Shown: positions 56,622-64,000 of the stretch, piece after piece
Layout of the letters: each line of letters starts with the position of its first letter
How positions within the stretch are numbered: position 1 is the stretch's first letter
Origin: Puniceicoccales bacterium
GTDB lineage: Bacteria; Verrucomicrobiota; Verrucomicrobiia; Opitutales; JAIRLM01
Direction of reading: 5' to 3'
Length of the DNA stretch: 64,000 nucleotides
Assembly: GCA_031278455.1 (NCBI GenBank)
Contig: JAITKJ010000006.1
Location: forward strand, 5,704 to 69,703
Notes under the pieces: model-generated
The model's database searches: none
Told to the model about the DNA's origin: nothing
Seen by the model: only the letters and a program-made list of their open reading frames with translations
Position numbers and translations under genes: made by a program

Positions 56622-59600
56622 AGAAAGAGATTTTATCCAAAACGCGCGATTGGAAGCTGTCCATATAGAGATAAATGACCGGAGTTACAAAAAGGGTGAT
56701 GACCTGGGCGAAAACCATTCCGCCAATGATTACCAACCCCAGTGGCCGCCTGGAAGCGCCGTCCGCCCCCCAGCCGAGCGCTATAGGAACTACGCCCATT
56801 ACCGTTGCTAAGGTGGTCATGATAATGGGCCGAAAACGTTGCATGGACGCACAATGAATTGCCTCGCGCGGGGACATGCCATCCCTCTGACGCATGAGGG
56901 CGAAGTCGATGATCATAATTCCATTTTTTTCCACCAACCCCAATAGCATAAACAATCCGATATAGGCATAGAGAGAAAGTTCCTGGCGCAAAATGAGAAG
57001 TGCGCCTAATCCACCCAGCGCGGCAACGGGGAGTGCGGATAAAACGGTAATGGGGTGTAAATAGCTTTCGTAGAGGATGCCGAGGATGATAAATGTCACA
57101 AAAGCTGCGGCGAGGATGAGAATTTTGAGGCTAGCAAAGGTGGCTGTGAAGGCGGCAGCTTCCCCCTGAAATGACCCCATAAGTCCATCGGCCAGGAAAT
57201 CTTTCGCCATTGCATTTATCCGGTCTACAACGGAACCAATGGGCACACCAGGCTTCAAATCGAAGAAAATGGTAGCTGAAGGGAAATTATTGGTATGGTT
57301 GACCACGAGGGCGCCAATGCCCGTATCCCACTTGGTAACCGTGGAAGGATCTATGAAATGTCCGCCATCGCCGCGGTAGGAGAGAAGATCCAGGTCGCTC
57401 GCCTTGGACCGGAAGGAATCGGCAACTTCTAAAATGACCTGATATTGCTGCGTGGGTGACTTAATGAGATAGATATAATTCCCGGAAAATGCGCTCTGAT
57501 ACTGGGATGCGATGGCGTACGCACTAGTGCCGTAGGCGGAAATTTGGTCCCGGCACATGGATACGCGCACTTCCGGTGTCGAGAGAAATAGGTCACTGGA
57601 GACGGAAGCCAAGCAGTCATTGGCCCGGAGCCACATGAGCATTTTTTGCGCGGCTTCGTAAACGCGGGAGGGCTCAACGCCGGAAATGGTGTAAGCATAC
57701 TTACCCTGATTAATACTCGTGGCACCCGTGGAGATTTGCAAAGCTGGCATGGGTCGCAGGAAAGCCATGGTTCCGGGGATGCCAAAGAGTTGCCCTGCAA
57801 ATTCATTAGAAATGGTTTGGATTTTGGCGCGCTCGGATACTGGTTTCAAAAAGGCGGTGACCATGCCCTGGTTGCTCGGGAAAAAACCAATGCCAGATAT
57901 GGAAAACGAACAGGCCACAGATGGATGGGCGCGGATGACAGCGTCAATTTGGTGTTGATATTCCCACATGGATTTTGGCGAGGTACCCTCCTGGGTGATG
58001 AAAATCCCTCGAAGGTTGCCGCTATCGCCATCGGGCAGGAAAGTTTTTGGGAGTTTCGCGAAACAAAACACCATGCCCAAGAGACATGATCCCCAGATGG
58101 CCAGGGAAATGGTCTTGCGGTCTAAGAAAAAATGCAGCGCGCGGCCGTAAATCTTAAGAAATGCCTCCTCCATGCGCTCGGAAAAGGCTTCCAGACGAGT
58201 TTTTTCACCGGCATCCCGCCGCTTAAGCATACGTGTGCACATTAGGGGCGTGACCGTGAGCGAAATGACACCGGAGGCGATGGTTGCGATCATGATCACG
58301 GCGGCGAATTCATGAAAAACCCGGCCAATCTGCCCGCCGAGAAAAAACAGTGGGATAAAAATGGAAACTAGCGATAGGGTCATGGACACGATGGTTGAAC
58401 TGATTTCCTTGGCTCCGTTGATGGAGGCGGTTCGCGGGTCCTCGCCCAATTTTTGCATACGTCGCACCATGTTTTCTAAAAACACGATGGCATCGTCTAC
58501 CAGAAAGCCGACGGCCAAGGTGATGCCCATGAGCGAGAGGTTATCCACGCTGAACCCAAGTAAATACATGGCTACGAATAGGATAAGCAGAGACATGGGC
58601 AGGGCGATAATGGGAATAACCGTATCGCGCACACGGCCGAGAAAGAAAAATATCACTAGAACCACCAGAGCGAAGGCGATGACTACCGCCTCCTGCACGT
58701 CGTAAATGGATGCAATGATATTTTTTGATCGGTCGTAGATAGTCGTAAGGTGCACGGACTCCGGTAATTGACTACAAATCTTCGGAATGAGTTGGTGAAT
58801 TTGTTTGGCTACGGCGACCGTGTTGGCTCCGGCGGCACGGGAAACGGCGATAACAACGGCGGAATCGAACTCGCCCAATTCGCGAGTCCAAAACGAGTTG
58901 TGGAACGTCGATGATTCCAGGCTTTCGCTGCACTCGGCCACGTCGCGCAGATACACGGGCGTTCCATCGGCACTGCTGAGGATGATGTTCGCGTAATCGG
59001 CGGCGCTGCTGAGTTGCGCATCTGCTTTGATAACCCAGGACCGATGTTCGCCGTTCAACGTCCCGGCTCCGACCGTCGCCGTTGCTGACTGCACCAACTT
59101 AGCCACCTCCGGCATTGTTAGCCCACGCCGTTGCAATTTCTCCGGATCAACGGAAATACGCACGGCGCGCTTCATACCGTAAACATCAGACTTGGAAACG
59201 CCCTGGATGACATTGAATCGCTGGGCAACCTCATCGGAGGCATACTCGTAGAGTTGGCCGGATGGCACGGTTGTGCTGGTGAGGGCGATGAAAAAGATGG
59301 GTTGGCTGTTTGGATCCGTTTTTTCGAAAGTTGGTGGAACTGGCATATCCAGCGGCAAATTACGGGATGCCTTCTGAATAGCCGATTGGACGTCCAGGGC
59401 AGCGGAATCAATGTTTTTGTCCAACGAAAACTGCAAAGTTATGAACGATATGCCCTGCATGTTCTTCGACGTTGCGAGTTCCAGGCCTTGGATTTTGAGA
59501 AATTCCTTTTCCAGCGGCGTCGCCACGTTCGCAGCCATTGTTTCCGGATCCATACCCGGATAGGCGGCAGAAACCTGGATGACCGGATAGTCCACATTGG

Positions 59601-59715
59601 GCAAGTCACTGACCGGTAGGCGTGTGTAACACAAAACACCGAAAACGACCACGGCCATGGACAACAAAATGGTCATCACCGGACGGTTGATGAATGGTTC
59701 AGAAATACTTTTCAT
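56593..59715 (-). CDS. RND efflux transporter permease (AcrB/HAE1-like)
   Basis: 1040 aa. N-terminus FINRPVMTILLSMAVVVFG, 12-TM/2-loop organisation and conserved ...VDDAIVFLENM... motifs. Confidence 0.95.
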   Translation of the reverse strand: MKSISEPFINRPVMTILLSMAVVVFGVLCYTRLPVSDLPNVDYPVIQVSAAYPGMDPETMAANVATPLEKEFLKIQGLELATSKNMQGISFITLQFSLDKNIDSAALDVQSAIQKASRNLPLDMPVPPTFEKTDPNSQPIFFIALTSTTVPSGQLYEYASDEVAQRFNVIQGVSKSDVYGMKRAVRISVDPEKLQRRGLTMPEVAKLVQSATATVGAGTLNGEHRSWVIKADAQLSSAADYANIILSSADGTPVYLRDVAECSESLESSTFHNSFWTRELGEFDSAVVIAVSRAAGANTVAVAKQIHQLIPKICSQLPESVHLTTIYDRSKNIIASIYDVQEAVVIAFALVVLVIFFFLGRVRDTVIPIIALPMSLLILFVAMYLLGFSVDNLSLMGITLAVGFLVDDAIVFLENMVRRMQKLGEDPRTASINGAKEISSTIVSMTLSLVSIFIPLFFLGGQIGRVFHEFAAVIMIATIASGVISLTVTPLMCTRMLKRRDAGEKTRLEAFSERMEEAFLKIYGRALHFFLDRKTISLAIWGSCLLGMVFCFAKLPKTFLPDGDSGNLRGIFITQEGTSPKSMWEYQHQIDAVIRAHPSVACSFSISGIGFFPSNQGMVTAFLKPVSERAKIQTISNEFAGQLFGIPGTMAFLRPMPALQISTGATSINQGKYAYTISGVEPSRVYEAAQKMLMWLRANDCLASVSSDLFLSTPEVRVSMCRDQISAYGTSAYAIASQYQSAFSGNYIYLIKSPTQQYQVILEVADSFRSKASDLDLLSYRGDGGHFIDPSTVTKWDTGIGALVVNHTNNFPSATIFFDLKPGVPIGSVVDRINAMAKDFLADGLMGSFQGEAAAFTATFASLKILILAAAFVTFIILGILYESYLHPITVLSALPVAALGGLGALLILRQELSLYAYIGLFMLLGLVEKNGIMIIDFALMRQRDGMSPREAIHCASMQRFRPIIMTTLATVMGVVPIALGWGADGASRRPLGLVIIGGMVFAQVITLFVTPVIYLYMDSFQSRVLDKISFFKRGDDFAS

Positions 59716-59736
59716 GGTACATTACCCGTAATCTTA

Positions 59737-60951
59737 TTAATTTTGCACCGTCGCAGTAGATTCGTTCGAATTTTTTTCCACCACCGCAGGAAGAGTAACG
59801 GGTTTTTGCCTGTCCCCGTCCGGTACCACCGGCAAAGGTAGGCCATCGTCTGGAATGACAAGCGTATTTGGGGCAAGTAAAAATTGCCCAGCCACCACCA
59901 CACGGTCGCCGGCGTTTAGACCGCTTGTAATAACCACATCCGTTCCGTGGGCCTGGGCAAGCGTCACTGGCCGCATCTCCGCTCGATTTTCACCATTGAT
60001 TACAAACGCATACCGGCCGCGCTGATTGGTGCTCACTGCTACTTCCGGGACGAGAACCGCATTCTTGAGCGTCGAGAGAATAAGTCGCACTCGCACGGAT
60101 TCACCGGGCCAGAAGGCAAAATCGGGATTGTCGAGCATTGCCCGCAGCCGCACGTTTCCCGACTGCAACGATACCTGATTGTCTACCACCGCTAACCACG
60201 CCTTCGTCCTTACGCGCGGGTCGGCCACAAGAGAAACCTCACAGGCTAGCTGCCGCTGCCGTTTAAAGTGCGCATAGGCTTTGGGAAATTCATTTTCTGA
60301 GATGGCAAAGTCCACGTAAAGTGGGTCCAACTTTTGAACGGTGACCAAAGACCCCATGCCAGGGGCGACCACATTGCCGGCGGCATAATGGTTATATCCG
60401 GCTAAACCGGCTATGGGAGAGTGAACGGAGCAAAAATTTCTATAAATTTCCGCCTGCCTTAAATTTCCATGCGCAATTTGAACCTGGCCTTCCGACTGGG
60501 CAACCATTGCCTTGAGGGCGTCGAATTCATGAGGCGCGATGTACTGACCGTTTGCCAATTCCGTTGCCCGCGTCAGATGAAGCCGATCCAGTTCCAATTT
60601 TGCCTGAGCCGCTTGCAACTGGCCCAACGCAAGTGTTACACCGACATCATAGGTGCTCGGATCGATGGTGTAGAGCAATTGCCCCGATTTAACCATTTGC
60701 CCCTGCTGAAAATGAATATCCACAATCTCTCCGGAAACGCGGGGAACAACTTCCACCGTGTCGTGGGCAACGCACACACCCAAACAGTCCACGTACAATG
60801 GCACATCCGCCACCCTGGCAACGGCAACTTTCACCGGCACCACCCGTTCCCGTCCCTGCGCCGGCGATCCCGCCCCACCTTTCCGGCAGCCGACGACCGT
60901 AAGCAATAAAGCCGCGCCCAGGAGACTTATTTTTATCCAAGCTTTTTTCAT
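59737..60951 (-). CDS. RND efflux periplasmic adaptor (MFP) lipoprotein
   Basis: Lipobox LLLTVVGC, followed by HlyD/AcrA-like lipoyl, hairpin and beta-barrel regions. Confidence 0.85.
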   Translation of the reverse strand: MKKAWIKISLLGAALLLTVVGCRKGGAGSPAQGRERVVPVKVAVARVADVPLYVDCLGVCVAHDTVEVVPRVSGEIVDIHFQQGQMVKSGQLLYTIDPSTYDVGVTLALGQLQAAQAKLELDRLHLTRATELANGQYIAPHEFDALKAMVAQSEGQVQIAHGNLRQAEIYRNFCSVHSPIAGLAGYNHYAAGNVVAPGMGSLVTVQKLDPLYVDFAISENEFPKAYAHFKRQRQLACEVSLVADPRVRTKAWLAVVDNQVSLQSGNVRLRAMLDNPDFAFWPGESVRVRLILSTLKNAVLVPEVAVSTNQRGRYAFVINGENRAEMRPVTLAQAHGTDVVITSGLNAGDRVVVAGQFLLAPNTLVIPDDGLPLPVVPDGDRQKPVTLPAVVEKNSNESTATVQN

Positions 60952-60960
60952 GATTTTGTC

Positions 60961-62352
60961 CTAATTTGCAAAGGGCTCAATGGTGCCAGCGACGTAGGCC
61001 AGACCTGCCAGGGAAAGGAAAAAATCACTTTCCGCAGCCACCAAACTAGCCCGAGATGTTGCCAGTGCTCCCTGTGCGTGCAAAAGATCGCTCAAGCCAC
61101 ATAATCCATTGCGATAGCTCGTGTCCACCGCTTGAAATGCCTCCGTGGCTGCGGTCAACATTTCCCGGGCCGCCTCCAACCGCTGAAATGCCGACCGATA
61201 TCCATGATACTGCGACCAAACGTCCCCGGCCACCTCCAATTCCGCCGACCGATAGCCCGCCATCGCCGCCCGCCGCCGCTCCCGCTGTTCCAAAAGTTTG
61301 CAGTGTCGCCCGCCGCCGTCAAATATATCCCAGGATAAACCCAGGGAAACGTTTCCCGTTTGAGTCCTTTGCCCGTGCCCATAATCGGCTGATGTGCCCG
61401 TTGCCGATATAACGGCCTTTGGCAACAGATCTGCCCGAGCCGCCTTTTCCCCGTACTCCATCGCTGCCATCTGCGCCCTCATGGCCAGTAAATCTGGTCG
61501 CACTTGCAGCGCCTGGGAGATCATCCGTTGAACTTCCCCGTTCATGGGTGACAGCTTTTCGGGCAATTTTCCCGCCGCAACGCGTAGGTCCCTTGAAACA
61601 CGGATACCAACAACTTGAGCCAGTGCCGCCCGTTTTATTTCCACTGCCGCCCGAGCCGCCTCCAGGGCATATTGAGTCTGAAGCATGTTTGCCTTGGCCC
61701 GCAGGAACGTCTGCCGGTCACCTAATCCGGTCATAAGCCTGGCTTCGCCCATCTTAAACGTTTCCGTGGCATCTTTCAAATCTGCCTCGTTAGCTTCCGC
61801 GGCGGCGATGGCCGCATTAAGCTCGAAATAACATCGTTGCACCTGATAGAGAACGGTTTGCAACGCTCGATTGTGTTGAAAATTAGCTGCCAGAAGATTC
61901 TGGTGAGTTGCCCGCGCGTTGGCCGTATTGGCTCCAAAAGTAAAAAGCACGTAATTGAGCCCAATGGATGGGTTGCTGCGGATGGTGGAATAGTCCGTGG
62001 TCGTGCTAGAAGTTTTCGTTCGGACCCGGCTCGCGACGTCGGAAATATTTACCCGGGGAAAGAAAGCACTCTGCGCGAATTTTTCCTGGGCGCCGGCCGC
62101 TCGGCACAGATGCCAAAGCCGTCGGGTTTCCGGATTGTTTTCAAAGGCAATGTTTACAAGCGCGGATAAATCTAAATCCGACTTTCCAATAGCTTCCACG
62201 GCCCGTCCACACACAGGGCTATTTGGAGTGGTCCCTGGCTCCATTTGCGAGGAATTGAAAGAAACGGATTTTGAGCCAAATTTCCACGCCGGGAGAACAG
62301 ACTTACAACTTGTCAGTAATATAGCGCATATGGCGAAGAAAATGAACCTCAT
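60961..62352 (-). CDS. Outer-membrane efflux protein (TolC/OMF family) lipoprotein
   Basis: Lipobox ILLTSC and duplicated OEP repeats with long helical segments. It is the first gene of the OMF-MFP-RND operon. Confidence 0.8.
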   Translation of the reverse strand: MRFIFFAICAILLTSCKSVLPAWKFGSKSVSFNSSQMEPGTTPNSPVCGRAVEAIGKSDLDLSALVNIAFENNPETRRLWHLCRAAGAQEKFAQSAFFPRVNISDVASRVRTKTSSTTTDYSTIRSNPSIGLNYVLFTFGANTANARATHQNLLAANFQHNRALQTVLYQVQRCYFELNAAIAAAEANEADLKDATETFKMGEARLMTGLGDRQTFLRAKANMLQTQYALEAARAAVEIKRAALAQVVGIRVSRDLRVAAGKLPEKLSPMNGEVQRMISQALQVRPDLLAMRAQMAAMEYGEKAARADLLPKAVISATGTSADYGHGQRTQTGNVSLGLSWDIFDGGGRHCKLLEQRERRRAAMAGYRSAELEVAGDVWSQYHGYRSAFQRLEAAREMLTAATEAFQAVDTSYRNGLCGLSDLLHAQGALATSRASLVAAESDFFLSLAGLAYVAGTIEPFAN

Positions 62353-62406
62353 ATTCGCAACCTTTGGGCAAATTTAAATACATCGCCGGCTAATGCAAGT
62401 GGAATA

Positions 62407-62940
62407 ATGATGTCCTTTACCATTGCCTCTCGTTCGCGCTTGTCTAGCAATGACCAGGTGATTCGCGAAAACTTTTGGGGTCTGATCGTTCTCGTTTTAT
62501 ATCTTTTTTGTGCGCCAGCCGTTGGAAAGCCTCTTGTAATCAAAGATGTTTACCTGGAACGGCACGCGGAGGATGATTTTCGCCGGCTATCGTCTCGATT
62601 CCACGCCAACAGGCCGGACTTTCCCTTCACCATCCTCCGCACGGATCAGAACCAATGGGAGGGCGTTTATTTCATTCTGTCCCTGAGCCAGCGGGCAAAA
62701 AATCTTCCATCCAACGCCGAAATCAATCTGCGCTACCTAACTGGTGGCGACCCCGTACTGCACGAATTCCACCTGTCCACCTCTGACGCCAAGCCACGGT
62801 CCAATGAAATTTGGATCGGGCTTACCGGGGCGGAGCAACGGGTTAAGAGACCGTGTAATTTTCAAGCCTGGGCCATCGACATCCGCTGCAATGGAAAAAT
62901 TTTGGCCGCCAAGAAAAGCTTTCTCTTCCGCGAAAAATAA
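62407..62940 (+). CDS. Hypothetical secreted protein (177 aa)
   Basis: Signal-like FWGLIVLVLYLFCAPAVG. Divergent from the efflux operon, with no known motif. Confidence 0.5.
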   Translation: MMSFTIASRSRLSSNDQVIRENFWGLIVLVLYLFCAPAVGKPLVIKDVYLERHAEDDFRRLSSRFHANRPDFPFTILRTDQNQWEGVYFILSLSQRAKNLPSNAEINLRYLTGGDPVLHEFHLSTSDAKPRSNEIWIGLTGAEQRVKRPCNFQAWAIDIRCNGKILAAKKSFLFREK

Positions 62941-63215
62941 CCTAGCCTTCCATGTCATACTCGTCTTATCCTTCGAAATATATATGATCACCATTAAAAA
63001 TCGGTTTTTGTGAATTTGCCCGCTACGCGCTTATGCTAGCATCCCTCAAGGAAATGACCAAACATAATGCCATATGATGCCATCTGCACGAAGTTCGTAA
63101 AGGAGCCGACGAGGTTTCCGAGCGATCCGCTCCTCGAGTTCAAGAAACCAAACAAATAGTTAAAGGCGAGTAAAAATTCATTTACATAACGAAGTTGCGC
63201 CATACAGATATTAAT

Positions 63216-64000
63216 ATGTTGGCTATATCGCCTAACGGCCGAGCAGATGCAAATTGCCATTTTTCAACGGCAGACCAATCGCTAATATCGCCCCTACTCA
63301 ATGGGGTCGCCACGGCATCATTTCCAATTTTTAAAAAATTTCTAAGCGTACTGCTTTGGTTGACGCTCATTGTGCCAATATTAGCCTTTATTCACAAAAA
63401 GATCACCGGTAGGATGTCAGCCGTCTGGGCGTTTCTGCTCTGGCAAAACAGAACATCGTCGAAGCAACCAGCTCCGCATCCGCCAGCACCTCTGTCCACA
63501 GAACCTGTTCATACGACGTCAACATCTGGCGAATCTCCAATCACTTCCCCTGCGTCCAAACTTGATGAACCTCCGCCCATTTCTCCGGCGCAAGAACCTG
63601 ATAAAATTTTTCCAGCCACCGATGTTTCTGTCATTGACGTTAACCAGGGACCTTTTCTTGCTAAAATAGAAGCACTCCTCGATGCAACTTCGCTGGATTC
63701 GGAAACTAAGAAGGCGATACTCGCGAACGCAAAATGGATGGTTGACCACAATTGGCGATTAAATTTTATCGAAAAATTCATAACTATTTCCATCGAAATG
63801 GAAAATAACGGTCTTTTCAATAAACTACCTAGAGATCTCGCGCCGCAAAAATGGTTTTTGGTTCCAAAAGCGCACAAAAAGCAGAATAAAATATTGATAT
63901 CAAGAGGCCGTAGCATGTATGGCCTTTGGAAGAAAAGTTATCTTAAGTCAATGGAAAAGTGCAAGAACAATTATAGAAAATTTTTAGCCACCAAAAATCT
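63216..64000 (+). CDS. Hypothetical membrane-anchored protein, 3'-partial (runs off the window); absent from the ORF track
   Basis: Manual translation from the ATG at 63216 is open to position 64000: MLAISPNGRADANCHFSTADQSLISPLLNGVATASFPIFKKFLSVLLWLTLIVPILAFIHKKITGRMSAVWAFLLWQNRTSSKQPAPHPPAPLSTEPVHTTSTSGESPITSPASKLDEPPPISPAQEPDK... That gives two hydrophobic segments, a Pro/Ser/Thr linker, then a Lys-rich domain. Confidence 0.6.
   Translation, partial: MLAISPNGRADANCHFSTADQSLISPLLNGVATASFPIFKKFLSVLLWLTLIVPILAFIHKKITGRMSAVWAFLLWQNRTSSKQPAPHPPAPLSTEPVHTTSTSGESPITSPASKLDEPPPISPAQEPDKIFPATDVSVIDVNQGPFLAKIEALLDATSLDSETKKAILANAKWMVDHNWRLNFIEKFITISIEMENNGLFNKLPRDLAPQKWFLVPKAHKKQNKILISRGRSMYGLWKKSYLKSMEKCKNNYRKFLATKN

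Noticed and set aside
63036-63370. Two overlapping minus-strand ORFs (74 and 62 aa) that could be read as one frameshifted gene
   Set aside because: A much longer + strand frame (63216 to the window end) with coherent TM, linker and domain organisation covers part of the same DNA. The minus-strand products have no recognisable features. The part at 63036-63215 remains unexplained.

Overview
This 64-kb window comes from a compact bacterial chromosome. Housekeeping proteins suggest a Planctomycetes-Verrucomicrobia-Chlamydiae (PVC) group, probably host-associated organism: chlamydia-like GroES/GroEL/DnaK, a PVC-type small basic protein, a GspK-like giant pseudopilin and an archaeal-type ProRS. 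That placement is inferred from by-eye similarity only.

About 40 conserved genes are recognisable:
- Envelope and lipid: rodA-like SEDS, murD, lepB, lptD-like, psd, pgsA.
- Nucleic acid and translation: rng, ligA, proS, aspS, an RluA-family pseudouridine synthase, a 3'-5' exonuclease.
- Metabolism: glgA, pgi, folD.
- Transport: feoAB, an amino-acid ABC transporter, an OppD/F-like ATPase pair, an OMF-MFP-RND efflux operon.
- Stress: dnaK-groES-groEL.
- RNA genes: tRNA-Arg(UCU) and tRNA-Cys(GCA).

Lineage-specific ORFs with no recognisable function sit between these genes. Several share one architecture: a short leader, paired hydrophobic helices, then a soluble domain.

The stand-out feature is a membrane-anchored protein at 9706-11337(-) with both signature boxes of eukaryotic USP (C19) deubiquitinases. 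A 24-bp-unit tandem repeat encoding (PNPTPDPK)n separates the catalytic domain from the anchor. An unknown 505-aa ORF follows on the same strand.

Other notable points:
- A lipase-like membrane protein and a paralogue whose nucleophile motif is degenerate.
- An orphan 914-aa GspK-like protein.
- A Memo-AMMECR1 fusion with no radical-SAM partner nearby.
- A GroES with a four-cysteine insertion in the roof loop.
- A decayed YoeB/RHH toxin-antitoxin module and an IS5-family transposase remnant inside a gene-decay tract between lptD and pgi.
- An orphan intrinsic terminator upstream of rodA.
- Palindromes and promoter-like motifs around the chaperone genes.
- A partial ORF at the right edge that the ORF track missed.

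No CRISPR array, rRNA or classical defence operon was seen. All functional calls rest on motif recognition by eye, with no searches run.
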